From: Candidatus Eiseniibacteriota bacterium
GTDB taxonomy: Bacteria; Eisenbacteria; RBG-16-71-46; JABDJR01
Length of the DNA: 64,000 bases
Direction: 5' to 3'
NCBI GenBank assembly: GCA_963783375.1
Contig: CAWANH010000029.1
Span: forward strand, 352,001 to 416,000
Part shown: positions 29,734-40,649 of the stretch, piece after piece
How positions within the stretch are numbered: position 1 is the stretch's first letter
Layout of the letters: each line of letters starts with the position of its first letter
Translations under genes and position numbers: made by a program
Notes under the pieces: model-generated
What the model was told of the DNA's origin: nothing
The model's database searches: none
The model's input: the letters and a program-made list of their open reading frames with translations, nothing else

Positions 29734-30582
29734 TTGACCGATCTCGATGAGAAGCACCGCCGCGTCCTGGCCGACCTGGAATCCCTGGGTGGGGTGGTGG
29801 TGGCTTTCAGCGGGGGGGTCGACTCCACCCTGCTGCTCCGCCTGGCCAAGGACGCACTGGGAGAGCGGTGCGTGGCGCTGACCACGGTTTCCCCCAGCCT
29901 CCCGGAGCGGGAGCGCCGCGAGGCCGAGGACCTGGCCGCGGGGATCGGGGTCCCCCATCTCCGGGTCGCCTCCCACGAGCTGGACCGCCCCGGCTTCGCC
30001 CAGAACCCCACCAACCGCTGCTACTTCTGCAAGAGCGAGCTCTTCGATCACTGCTTCAAGGCGGCGGAGGAGATGGATCTTCCGGTGGTGGTCTACGGGG
30101 CCACCGCCGACGATCTTGGCGATCACCGGCCGGGGATGGCCGCGGCCCGGGAACGGGGAGCGCGGGCCCCGCTCCTGGAGACCGGGTTCGGAAAGGACGA
30201 CGTCCGGGCGCTCTCCCGGCGCCTGGGACTTCCCACCTGGGACAAGCCGGCCATGGCCTGCCTGTCGTCCCGGTTTCCCTACGGCACCGCCATCGATTCC
30301 GAGCGGTTGGGCCGGGTGGAGCGGGCGGAGGAGGCGCTTCGCCGGGAAGGGTTCAGCGAGCTCCGCGTCCGCTTCCACGGGGAGGTCGCCCGGATCGAGC
30401 TGGCCGGCGAGGCGTGGTCGAGGTTCGGCGATCCTGTCCTGCGGGAACGGGTGGCGGCTGCCGTCCGCGCGGCCGGATTCCGCTACGTGACCCTGGACCT
30501 GGAGCCCTTCCGGAGCGGGAGGCTCAACCAGGCGATGGCCGCCGGGAGGGAGCCCCGAATTGACCCGCCCCCTTCCCGGTGA
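29734..30582 (+). CDS. larE: ATP-dependent sacrificial sulfur transferase LarE family
   Basis: PP-loop AFSGGVDS, NRCYFCK, DHRPG, ACLSSRFPYG, RSGRLN; TTG start after GAGGAG. Confidence 0.88.
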   Translation: MTDLDEKHRRVLADLESLGGVVVAFSGGVDSTLLLRLAKDALGERCVALTTVSPSLPERERREAEDLAAGIGVPHLRVASHELDRPGFAQNPTNRCYFCKSELFDHCFKAAEEMDLPVVVYGATADDLGDHRPGMAAARERGARAPLLETGFGKDDVRALSRRLGLPTWDKPAMACLSSRFPYGTAIDSERLGRVERAEEALRREGFSELRVRFHGEVARIELAGEAWSRFGDPVLRERVAAAVRAAGFRYVTLDLEPFRSGRLNQAMAAGREPRIDPPPSR

Positions 30583-30588
30583 TAGACT
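30560..30588 (+). promoter_or_regulatory. Sigma70 promoter of the aromatic amino-acid operon leader
   Basis: TTGACC-17 nt-TAGACT. Confidence 0.65.
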
Positions 30589-30621
30589 GTGTCCTTCCAT
30601 TTCATCGCAGGGAGACCGAAG

Positions 30622-30708
30622 ATGATCGCGTTCCGTTCCGGGTTTCATGGCTATAGTGGATGGCCGACCGGTGTCTGGCGTCGGGCCGGAGCGGGAAGGA
30701 GCGCGTAA
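30622..30708 (+). CDS. Putative attenuator leader peptide (28 aa, Phe/Tyr/Trp-rich)
   Basis: RBS AGGGAG, then MIAFRSGFHGYSGWPTGVWRRAGAGRSA*; followed by a terminator; absent from the ORF track. Confidence 0.72.
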   Translation: MIAFRSGFHGYSGWPTGVWRRAGAGRSA

Positions 30709-30737
30709 CCCCAGGTTTCCCCACGCGAGCCCGAACC

Positions 30738-30772
30738 GGCCTCTTTCCCTCGGAAAGGGGCCTTTTCCATTT
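30738..30772 (+). terminator. Attenuator terminator hairpin
   Basis: GGCCTCTTTCC-CTC-GGAAAGGGGCC followed by TTTTCCATTT, located before the first operon gene. Confidence 0.78.
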
Positions 30773-30824
30773 CCCCCCGGCGGGCGACGCGTCCCGGCGG
30801 CCCCGGCGGGAGGGACGAGGATCG

Positions 30825-32300
30825 ATGGAACCAGGCAAGCGGCGCCTGTGCGCCAGCATCAACGCCGACCGGGTGGCGGAAGTCCGGCGGCTGGCCGGGG
30901 AGCTTCCCGTCCAGGTGGAGTGGGTCGAGCTTCGCGCCGACCTCCTGGCGTCCGGCGAGGCGGCGGGGGAGACGTGGCGGGAGCTGGCCGGCGCGGCCGG
31001 CCGGAGCTGGGTCTTCACCTGGCGCTCTCCCGGGGAGGGTGGGGCGCGCCCCCGCCCGCCGGGGATCCTGAGCGCCGCGGTGAAGGCGGGTTTCGCCGCG
31101 GTGGACGTGGAGGCGGCCGACCTGGACGCCGGCGACGCCGAGGCGACCGGCGTGCCGAAGGAGTTGCGATGGGTGAGCCGGCACCGCCTCGATCGGTTGG
31201 ACGACCCCGATGCGCTGGTCGGCGAGTGGGCGGCCCTTCGCCGCCACCCCGCCGCCCTCCACAAGCTGGTGGCCGTGGCGGACCGCTTCGAGGTCAATGA
31301 ATGGATCCTCGCCCTGATCCGGGAGACCGGCGCGGCCCCCGCCGTTCCCTTCACCGTGTTCGCCCAGGGATGGATCGGTCATGCCTCCCGCATTCTCGGC
31401 GCGCTGGAGGGAAATGCGATGACTTTCGTGGCCTCGGGCCGGGGGGCCACCGCCGCGGGCCAGCCCACCGCGATCGAGGCCACCCGGGTCTATCGCCTGG
31501 ACCGGCTCCCCCCCGACCCGAGGCTTTTCGGGGTCCTGGGGAACCCCGCCCGCGCGTCGCGGTCCCCGCGGATCCACAACCACGCCTTCGAGCGGACCGG
31601 AGAGCGCGCCCTCTACCTCCCCCTGGAATCCACCGAGGCCGAGCCGGTGGTGGCCTGGGTCCGGGATGGAAGGCTCCGGGGCCTGAGCGTCACCGCGCCC
31701 TTCAAGACGCGGGTGACGGAGCTCGTGGATCGGCTGGAACCCGGGGCGAAGGGGGTGGGGGCGGTGAACACGGTGTGGAGCGAGGACGGGGTGCTGTGGG
31801 GGGCGAACACCGATCTCGAGGCCGCGGAGGAGATTCTGGCCGGGCTGGACCTGGCCCCGGGAGCGCGGGTGGCGGTCCTGGGGGCCGGAGGGGCGGCGGC
31901 GGCGGTCCTGGCTGCGCTTCGGGGCCTCGGCCATTCCGCCGCGGTTTTCAACCGCGACCCCGATCGTGGCCGGCAAAGCGCGGTGCGGTTCGGAGCGGAA
32001 TTCGTCGGCCCTCCCGGGGCCATCCGGCCGGCCCGGTTCGCGGCGGTGGTGAACGCCACTCCGCTGGGGGCGTCGGTCCCTCTGCCTCCGGAGCTTGCCG
32101 GCGCGGACTGGTCCCGGACCGCGATCGTGGACCTGGCCTATGGCGGGACGACGACGGAACTGGAGACGGCGGCCCGCGCTCACCGCACCCGGTACCTCGG
32201 CGGGCTCGATTTCCTGACCCGGCAGGCCGCGGGCCAGTTCCGGCGCTGGGTGCGACGGCGGGTGGAACCCGCGGTGTTCGCCGAGGGGATCGCCCGATGA
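30825..32300 (+). CDS. aroDE: Bifunctional type I 3-dehydroquinate dehydratase / shikimate dehydrogenase (AroD-AroE fusion)
   Basis: N-half ELRADLL, TWRSPGEGG, HKLVA, SRI, AGQ; C-half SRSPRIHN, SVTAPFK, GAVNT, NTD, GAGGAA, VNATPLG. Confidence 0.85.
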   Translation: MEPGKRRLCASINADRVAEVRRLAGELPVQVEWVELRADLLASGEAAGETWRELAGAAGRSWVFTWRSPGEGGARPRPPGILSAAVKAGFAAVDVEAADLDAGDAEATGVPKELRWVSRHRLDRLDDPDALVGEWAALRRHPAALHKLVAVADRFEVNEWILALIRETGAAPAVPFTVFAQGWIGHASRILGALEGNAMTFVASGRGATAAGQPTAIEATRVYRLDRLPPDPRLFGVLGNPARASRSPRIHNHAFERTGERALYLPLESTEAEPVVAWVRDGRLRGLSVTAPFKTRVTELVDRLEPGAKGVGAVNTVWSEDGVLWGANTDLEAAEEILAGLDLAPGARVAVLGAGGAAAAVLAALRGLGHSAAVFNRDPDRGRQSAVRFGAEFVGPPGAIRPARFAAVVNATPLGASVPLPPELAGADWSRTAIVDLAYGGTTTELETAARAHRTRYLGGLDFLTRQAAGQFRRWVRRRVEPAVFAEGIAR

Positions 32301-33790
32301 GCCCCGGGCGCCCGCGCCCCGGCCGGGAGGAGTTCGCGGCGCGATCCGCGGTTTCCGCGGTGGTCCCGGTCACCCGGGAGATCACCGCCGACTGGTGGAC
32401 CCCGGTGGCCGCCTTCCACCGGCTGGCCGCCGACGAACCGAACGTGTTCCTGCTGGAGAGCGTGGAAGGCGGGGAACGGGTGGGGCGCTATTCCTTCCTG
32501 GGCCGGCGACCATTCCTGGTGGTGAAGGCGAGGGGAGACGCTCTCGTCATCGAGGGACGGGACGCCTCCCGCTTCCGGGGTCTCACCGGAGGGCCCCTCG
32601 AGCGCCTGGGGGCGATATTCGACGCATACCGCGGGGTCCGGACGCCCGGGCTCCCGCCCTTCACCTCCGGCGCGGTGGGGTACTTCGGCTACGACACCGT
32701 GCGATGGGTGGAGCGCCTCCCCGACCGGGCCAAGCCCCGGTCCCCCGAGGACGATCTCACCCTGATCTTCCTGGAGGACGTGGCGGTGTTCGACCACGTG
32801 CGGCGGCGGCTCACCCTGGTGGCCAACGCCTGCCGCCGGGAAGGGGAGGACCCCGGTGTCGTCCATGACCGCGCCGCCGACCGGCTCGACGCCATGGAGC
32901 GCGCGCTCTATGCGCCGGGGGCCCCGCCGGCCGACGGGCCGCCGGGCGAGGTTCTCCCCGAACCCGGGGCGAACCTGTCCCCGGAGGACTTCCGCGACCG
33001 GGTCCGGCGGGCCAAGGAGCACATCGTGGCCGGGGACGTGTTCCAGGTGGTCCTGAGCCAGCGCTTCACGGTGGAGAGCGCCGCCTCGGACCTGGAGCTG
33101 TATCGCGCGCTGCGCGCGGTGAACCCTTCCCCCTATATGTTTCTTCTCCGGCTGGAGGGCTGGAGCGCGGTGGGTTCGAGCCCGGAGCCGCTCCTCCAGG
33201 TGACCGGGGACCGGCTGCGCTACCGGCCCATCGCCGGCACCGCCCCGCGGAGCATGGATCCGGTGGAGGACGAGCGGCGCGCCGAGGCCCTGGCCGCGGA
33301 CCCCAAGGAGCGGGCGGAGCACGTCATGCTGGTGGATCTGGGGCGGAACGACCTGGGCCGGGTGGCGGAGACCGGCACGGTGCGGGTGGAGGAGCTGATG
33401 GTGGTGGAACGCTACTCCCACGTCATGCACCTGGTGAGCGGGCTCTCGGGACGCCTCCGTCCGGGGCTCGGGGCCCTCGACGCCCTGTACGCCTGCTTCC
33501 CGGCGGGGACGGTGAGCGGGGCGCCGAAGGTGCGGGCGATGGAGCTGATCGAGGAGCTGGAGCCCGATCGCCGGGGGATCTACGCGGGGGCGGTGGGCTA
33601 TCTCGATTTCTCCGGGAACCTCGACACCTGCATCGCGCTTCGGACCATGACGGTGCGCGACGGGCGGGTGAGCGTCCAGGCCGGGGCGGGGATCGTGGCC
33701 GACTCCGACCCCCAGCGGGAATTCGAGGAGACCGGGCACAAGGCCCGGGCGCTTCTGGAGGCGGTGCGCCTGGCCGGAGGGGCGCGATGA
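32297..33790 (+). CDS. trpE: Anthranilate synthase component I
   Basis: LLESVEGGE, NPSPYM, EHVMLVDLGRND, YSHVMHLVS, FPAGTVSGAPK, QAGAGIVADS. Confidence 0.94.
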   Translation: MSPGRPRPGREEFAARSAVSAVVPVTREITADWWTPVAAFHRLAADEPNVFLLESVEGGERVGRYSFLGRRPFLVVKARGDALVIEGRDASRFRGLTGGPLERLGAIFDAYRGVRTPGLPPFTSGAVGYFGYDTVRWVERLPDRAKPRSPEDDLTLIFLEDVAVFDHVRRRLTLVANACRREGEDPGVVHDRAADRLDAMERALYAPGAPPADGPPGEVLPEPGANLSPEDFRDRVRRAKEHIVAGDVFQVVLSQRFTVESAASDLELYRALRAVNPSPYMFLLRLEGWSAVGSSPEPLLQVTGDRLRYRPIAGTAPRSMDPVEDERRAEALAADPKERAEHVMLVDLGRNDLGRVAETGTVRVEELMVVERYSHVMHLVSGLSGRLRPGLGALDALYACFPAGTVSGAPKVRAMELIEELEPDRRGIYAGAVGYLDFSGNLDTCIALRTMTVRDGRVSVQAGAGIVADSDPQREFEETGHKARALLEAVRLAGGAR

Positions 33791-34424
33791 GACGCCCCTT
33801 CGTGAAGATCTGCGGCATCACCCGGGTGGATGACGCCCTGGCCGCGGTGGCCGCGGGCGCGGAGGCGGTGGGCTTCATCCTGGTTCCCGAAAGCCCCCGT
33901 CGGGTGACCCCGGAGCGCGCGGCGGAGATCGCCGCCGGCCTTCCCGACGGCGTGGCCCGGGTGGGGGTGACCGCGGATCTCGCCCCGGACGCGGTGCGGC
34001 GGCTGGCCGCGACAATCCGGCTCAGCGCGATCCAGGCCCACGGAAACGAATCCCCGGAGACCTGCCGGGAGTACGGCCTCCCGGTGGTGAAGGCGGTATC
34101 CGCCGGTGCGGGCTTCGATCCGGGGGTTCTCGAGCCCTATCGGGGCTTTTCGGTGCTCCTGGATGGGTATTCGCCCGCGGCCCGTGGGGGGACCGGCCGC
34201 CCCGCGGACTGGAGCGCGGCCCGGCGGGCGGTGGCGGGGGGGTTCCGGGTAATCCTCGCCGGGGGGCTCTCCCCGGAGAACATTCTTGCCGCGGTGGAGG
34301 CGGTGGGTCCGGCGGCGGTGGATCTGAACAGCGGGGTGGAGTCGGAGCCGGGAGTGAAGGATCCCGAACTCGTGCGGCGGGCGCTCGGGCGATTGGCCGG
34401 GCTGGCGCCGCCGGAGGAAGACAC

Positions 34425-34437
<13 letters not shown>
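33787..34437 (+). CDS. trpF: Phosphoribosylanthranilate isomerase
   Basis: KICGIT, QAHGNE, GGTG...[22 protein letters not shown]. Confidence 0.95.
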
Positions 34438-35622
<1,185 letters not shown>

Positions 35623-35630
<8 letters not shown>

Positions 35631-36405
35631 GCGGCTTCGCGCCCTTGCCGCGCGCGCGGGCGAACGCCCCCTGGTGATCCCGTACCTCACCGCGGGCTGG
35701 CCGCGGGCCGCGGAGACCGTCGACCTCCTCTCCGCCCTCGAGCGAGGGGGCGCCGACGCGGTGGAACTGGGTCTTCCCTTCAGCGATCCCCTGGCCGACG
35801 GTCCGGTGATCCAGGGCACCTCCCAGGCCGCGCTGGCCGCCGGCATCACTCACGCGGGGATCCTGGAATTGGCCGCCGCCTTTCGCGAACGCTCGGAGCT
35901 CCCTCTGGTGGTCATGGGCTACCTGAACCCGATCCTCTCCTTCGGACCCGACCGCTTCTTCCGCGAAGCGGCGCGGGCAGGGGTGGACGGTCTCATCGTT
36001 CCCGACCTCCCGCCCGAGGAGGCGGACGCGCTCCACGCCCCCGCCGCGGCGGCCGGGCTCTCCTGGATCTTTCTCGCCGCCCCCACCAGCTCCGACGACC
36101 GTCTCCGGCGGATCGACGCCCTCTCCACCGACTTCAACTACTGCGTCTCGGTGACCGGGGTCACCGGGGCCCGGGACGCGCTCCCCGCCGCGCTCTCCGC
36201 GTACCTGGCCCACGCCGCCCGGGTGATGACCAAGCCCTTCGTGGTGGGCTTCGGCATCTCCCGGCCCGAGCAGGTGCGCTCGGTGTGTCCTCCGGCCATG
36301 GGGGTGGTGGTGGGGAGCGCCCTCCTTCGCGCCCTGGGGGAGGAGCCCGATCCCGGCTCCCGCGTCCGCCGCGCCGAGGCGTTCGTGCGGGAGCTCCGGC
36401 GATGA
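35623..36405 (+). CDS. trpA: Tryptophan synthase alpha chain
   Basis: [43 protein letters not shown]. Confidence 0.97.
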
Positions 36406-37288
36406 GCCGGCCCGCCCCGCCGCGGGTCACGATCCTCGGCCTTGGGCTCATCGGAGGAAGCCTGGCCGGGGCGCTGGTGGGGCGGGGGTGGCCGGTGGCC
36501 GGTTGGGATCCCGACCCCGGGGCCCGCCGCCTCGCCGGGCGGCGGGGGGCGGCGTGCCGGTCGGCCAGCCTCGAGAGCGCGGCGGAGGGGGCGGACCTGG
36601 TGGTCCTTGCCGCCCCCCCGGGCGCCAACCTGGAACTTCTCGCCCGGCTCGCCGCGCGTCCCGGGAGCCAGGCGGTGACCGACACCGGAAGCGTGAAGAG
36701 GGAGATCGCCCGGCGGGGCCGCCGGCTCCTGGGGGATCGCTTCGTCCCCGGCCATCCCATGGCCGGGCGGACGCCGGGGGGGGCGGCCCAGGCCGATCCC
36801 GGGCTGTTCATGGAAGCGGGCTGGTTCGTGTGCGGAGGGGGGGCGGGCCCCCGTAAGCGGGTGGAGGCCATGGCGCGGGCGGTGGGGGCGTGTCCGCTCC
36901 GGGCGACCCCCGTCCGGCACGACCGGATGATGGCCCGGGTGAGCCACGTTCCCCAGATCCTGGCCTCGCTCCTGGTGGGGGACCTGGCCGCCCGCGACCC
37001 CGAGGCTCTGGCCTCGGCCGGGCCGGGGTTTCGGGGATGGGCCCGGCTGGCCGCGTCCCCCCCGAGCTCTGGATGGAGATCCTTGCCGCCAACGCGGGGC
37101 CGGTGCGCGCGGAGATCGCGCGCCTGGAACGCGCCCTGGCCGGCTTGCGCTCCGAGTGGGAGCGGACGGACAATGCTCCGCTCCGGGTTCTGGAGCGGGG
37201 CGGGCGCGGTCACGACATGCTGGAACGGAAACCCGGCCGGCGGACCCCTGGATCCGCCAGGAGGAGACAGCGATGCTCATCGTCATGA
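36402..37288 (+). pseudogene. tyrA: Prephenate/arogenate dehydrogenase with apparent single-base frameshift
   Basis: GLGLIGGS, TDTGSVK, GHPMAG, HDRMMARVSHVPQ in one frame; the expected PELWMEILAAN continuation is in another frame after the C7 run at 37057-37063; may be a sequencing error. Confidence 0.8.
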
Positions 37289-38310
37289 AAAAAGGGGCCA
37301 CCGACCGGGAGATCGAGCAGGTGGTGGAAACCATCCGGGGCCTCGGTCTCACTCCCCACCCCATCCCCGGGGAGCAGCGGACCGCCATCGGCATCACCGG
37401 CAACAAGGGGAGCCTGGACCCCAACCAGCTGGAGTCCCTGCCCGGGGTGATGGAGGCCATCCCGGTCTCCAAGCCCTTCAAGCAGGTGAGTCGGGAATGG
37501 CGGGAGGAGAACACGGTGGTGGACGTGGGAGGGGTGAAGTTCGGGGGGCGGGCCCTGGCGATCATCGCCGGCCCCTGTTCGGTGGAATCCTATGAGCAGA
37601 CCCTGACCGTGGCCCGGGCGGTCAAGGAGGCGGGGGCGCACATCCTGCGCGGGGGGGCGTTCAAGCCCCGCACGTCGCCCTACTCCTTTCAGGGCCTGGG
37701 TGAGGAGGGGCTCCGGATTCTCGACCGGGTGCGGAAAGAGGTGGGGATCCCGGTGGTGACCGAGGCCCTGGACACCGATGGGGTGGACCTGGTCGAGCGG
37801 TACGCCGACATGATCCAGATCGGAGCCCGGAACATGCAGAACTTCTCGCTCCTGAAGCGGGCGGGGAGGTCCCGGCTCCCCGTCCTCCTCAAGCGGGGGA
37901 TGAGCGCCACCATCGACGAGCTGCTCCTGGCCGCGGAGTACGTGGTGAGCGAGGGGAACCCCAACGTGGTCCTCTGCGAGCGCGGGGTCCGCACCTTCGC
38001 CGACCATACCCGGAACACCCTCGATCTCTCGGCCATCCCGGCCGTCCAGCGGCTCAGCCACCTCCCCATCATCGCCGACCCCAGCCACGGGACCGGCAAG
38101 CGGGAGAAGGTGGTGCCCATGGCCCGGGCGGCCATCGCGGCGGGGGCGGACGGCCTGATCATCGAGGTCCATCACCGGCCGGAGACCGCGCTCTCCGACG
38201 GGTACCAGGCCCTGGTCCCGGATATGTTCGCGGAGCTGATGGGGCAGGTCGCCCGGCTGGCCCCGGTGGTGGGGCGGGAGCTTCCCGAGGCCCCGGAGCC
38301 GGTGAAATGA
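37273..38310 (+). CDS. aroF: DAHP synthase, class I-beta with N-terminal ACT-like regulatory domain
   Basis: IAGPCSVES, RGGAFKPRTSPYSFQG, QIGARNMQNF, LCERGVRTF, DPSHGTG, IEVH; RBS GAGGAG. Confidence 0.95.
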   Translation: MLIVMKKGATDREIEQVVETIRGLGLTPHPIPGEQRTAIGITGNKGSLDPNQLESLPGVMEAIPVSKPFKQVSREWREENTVVDVGGVKFGGRALAIIAGPCSVESYEQTLTVARAVKEAGAHILRGGAFKPRTSPYSFQGLGEEGLRILDRVRKEVGIPVVTEALDTDGVDLVERYADMIQIGARNMQNFSLLKRAGRSRLPVLLKRGMSATIDELLLAAEYVVSEGNPNVVLCERGVRTFADHTRNTLDLSAIPAVQRLSHLPIIADPSHGTGKREKVVPMARAAIAAGADGLIIEVHHRPETALSDGYQALVPDMFAELMGQVARLAPVVGRELPEAPEPVK

Positions 38311-38408
38311 GAGGCCGGGTGGGGTTCCCGGTGGACGCCGCCCCGCTTCTCCGCCTACACTGATCGCTGCTCGTTCCCCGACGCGAACACCCTGCAGACG
38401 GTCTATCC

Positions 38409-39131
38409 GTGAATATCAGCGCCCTCAAAACCGGAAGCAAGATCAACGGACGCTATGTGGTCAAGGGCCGCATCGGCGTGGGTTGGGAAGGCGTCACCTA
38501 CCAGGTCAAGGACCGCCTCGACGGCCGGCTCAAGGCCATCAAGTTCATCACCAACGTCAAGCGCCGGAAATCCATCCTCAACCAGGCCCGGGTGCTGGTC
38601 CGCCTGCATCATCCCAACATCATCAACTACTACAACGTGGACCGGGTGGAGATCGCGGGGGAGAGCCATTACTTCCTCCTGGTGGAATACCTGCAGGGCC
38701 CGCGGCTCTCCCAGGTGATCCGGCGGCACTTTCGCCGCTCCGATCAGGCTCCGCTCTTCTTCGGGCTCCGGATCTTCTACCAGATCTGCCGCGGTATGGC
38801 CTACGTCCACGACCAGCGGATTCTCCACGACGACCTCCACACCGACAACATCATCCTCACCGGGGACGCGGAATCACCCACCCCCAAGCTCTTCGATTTC
38901 TGGGGAAGCCGGGGGGGGAACAGCTCCGATCGCCGGGCCTTCGATCTTCGCAGCGCCGGACAGGTGCTGTTCGAGATCATGACCGGGCACGAGGACTACG
39001 ACCGCGCGGAGCTGGAGTGGCTTCCCCGGGGGGTGGCCCGGATCATCCGGCGCGCCCACGGCCGGATCCATACCTACCACACCTTCCACGAGATCCTCGA
39101 GGACCTGGAGCAGCTTCGGGCCTGGGACTGA
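38409..39131 (+). CDS. Atypical stand-alone Ser/Thr protein-kinase-fold protein
   Basis: GVGWEG loop, AIK, LHHPNII, HDDLHTDNI, KLFDFW. Confidence 0.78.
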   Translation: MNISALKTGSKINGRYVVKGRIGVGWEGVTYQVKDRLDGRLKAIKFITNVKRRKSILNQARVLVRLHHPNIINYYNVDRVEIAGESHYFLLVEYLQGPRLSQVIRRHFRRSDQAPLFFGLRIFYQICRGMAYVHDQRILHDDLHTDNIILTGDAESPTPKLFDFWGSRGGNSSDRRAFDLRSAGQVLFEIMTGHEDYDRAELEWLPRGVARIIRRAHGRIHTYHTFHEILEDLEQLRAWD

Positions 39132-39144
39132 CCGCCCCCGGCGC

Positions 39145-39849
39145 TCAGTCGTGGTACTTCATCTCCCCCGCGGTCACCGCCAGGGGCACCCGGTTTTCCG
39201 GAGGCACCAGGGGACAGGCCCACCGGTCGTTGTAGGCGCAGTAGGGGTTGTAGGCGGTGTTGAAGTCCACCACCACCTTCCCGTCCGGCCCGGACTCCAC
39301 GTAGACGTAACGGCCCACCCCGTAGGTTTCCCGCCCGGTGGTGGCGTCCTGGAAGGGAAGGAAGAGCGAGGGGTCCTCGCCGGATCGGAACACGGTCAGG
39401 GTGAAGGGGATGTCCTGGCGGACCAGGCGCACCCGGAACGCCACCCGGTAGGGACGAACGTTTCCCATGGTGTCCATCAGGGTGTCGGGGGCACCGGCCG
39501 CGGACCGGTCGGGATCGACCACGAACCGGAAGGACGGATCGACGGGAAAGTAGTGGAGCCCCCGGAACGCCGCCCGCTGGTCCGGGGTGAGAGGGGAACC
39601 CGGCTCCCCGAAGTAGGCGTCCTTGGCTGCGCGATGGGCGAGAAGGGTGTCCGCCCACCCGGTAGGGGGAGGCGGAGCCTCGCTCCGGGGGGATCCGCCG
39701 CAGGCGCCGAGCCCCCCGGCGAGGAGGAGAAAGCCGAGGGCCCGGACGACCCGGGCCCCGGCGCGATGCCGCGCCGGGCGCGGCCGAATTCGGTTTCCGA
39801 GCGCGGAGATCAGGGAGTCTCCCCGGCCTGGCGCTCGCGGTCTTCCCAC
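39145..39849 (-). CDS. DUF1684 family lipoprotein (start uncertain)
   Basis: LFLPFQDATTGRETYGVGRY, DFNTAYNPYCAYN..WACP..PPEN, AGE; lipobox LGAC. Confidence 0.88.
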   Translation of the reverse strand: MGRPRAPGRGDSLISALGNRIRPRPARHRAGARVVRALGFLLLAGGLGACGGSPRSEAPPPPTGWADTLLAHRAAKDAYFGEPGSPLTPDQRAAFRGLHYFPVDPSFRFVVDPDRSAAGAPDTLMDTMGNVRPYRVAFRVRLVRQDIPFTLTVFRSGEDPSLFLPFQDATTGRETYGVGRYVYVESGPDGKVVVDFNTAYNPYCAYNDRWACPLVPPENRVPLAVTAGEMKYHD

Positions 39850-40376
39850 TTGCCGATGATGGACTGGTACCAGGGGCGGCTGTCGAAGCGGTTGGCGAAC
39901 ACGCGGTTGATGGAATCCTGCTCGGACGCCACGAACTTCACGAACGCGGTGTGCTTGTTGAGCGTCTTGTTCATGTCCGCGAGCTGGGCATCGAGCTTCT
40001 GGTCCAGCTTCTGGGTCTCCTGGGCGAACTGGTCCGTCACGTCCTGCTGGAACTGCTTCTGGCTCTCGGCGATGGATTGGAACCGGGTGTTCACCTCGCT
40101 GATGATCTCCAACTTCACCTCTTCGGGCCGATTGGCGTAGGTGGCGAGCCGGTCGGAGAGAGCCGTATTCTCATTGGTGAGATCGTCCACCTTGGTGGTC
40201 AAGGAGTTCAGCTTCCGGTTCAGGAACTCGTTCTGCTGCTTGAGCAGGTCGAGCTGCTTCTTGGTGCTGCTCTTCAGATTGACCAGCTCCGCCTGCATTT
40301 CCCGGTTGGCCTGGCAGCCGGAGAGGGCTGCCCCCACCCCCAGGATGGCGATGATGGTTAGCGAGCGCAGTCTCAT
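39810..40376 (-). CDS. Coiled-coil lipoprotein, function unknown
   Basis: Lipobox LSGC; long heptad-rich helix; strongly biased codons. Confidence 0.78.
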   Translation of the reverse strand: MRLRSLTIIAILGVGAALSGCQANREMQAELVNLKSSTKKQLDLLKQQNEFLNRKLNSLTTKVDDLTNENTALSDRLATYANRPEEVKLEIISEVNTRFQSIAESQKQFQQDVTDQFAQETQKLDQKLDAQLADMNKTLNKHTAFVKFVASEQDSINRVFANRFDSRPWYQSIIGKWEDRERQAGETP

Positions 40377-40649
40377 GGAACCCAGTCCCCCTTATATGGC
40401 GGTTGACGCATCCGGAACTTCTGCCGAGAGGCACCCCCTGCCCGATCCCGGCGCGCGATACCCGTTCGAGGGCGGAGATCCGCGGCTCGGAACCGTATCG
40501 CTTCGACGAAACCTTGCTGGTGAATGCCGGGATGCTCGAAGTGCCCGAGGGCGCCTCGTTGACTTCCTGAGGAGGGTATGCCGCGGCACGGCAACAAGGT
40601 GTTCAAGCCCTTACCGCCGCACTGCTTGGCCACGGCGGATGATCGACGC

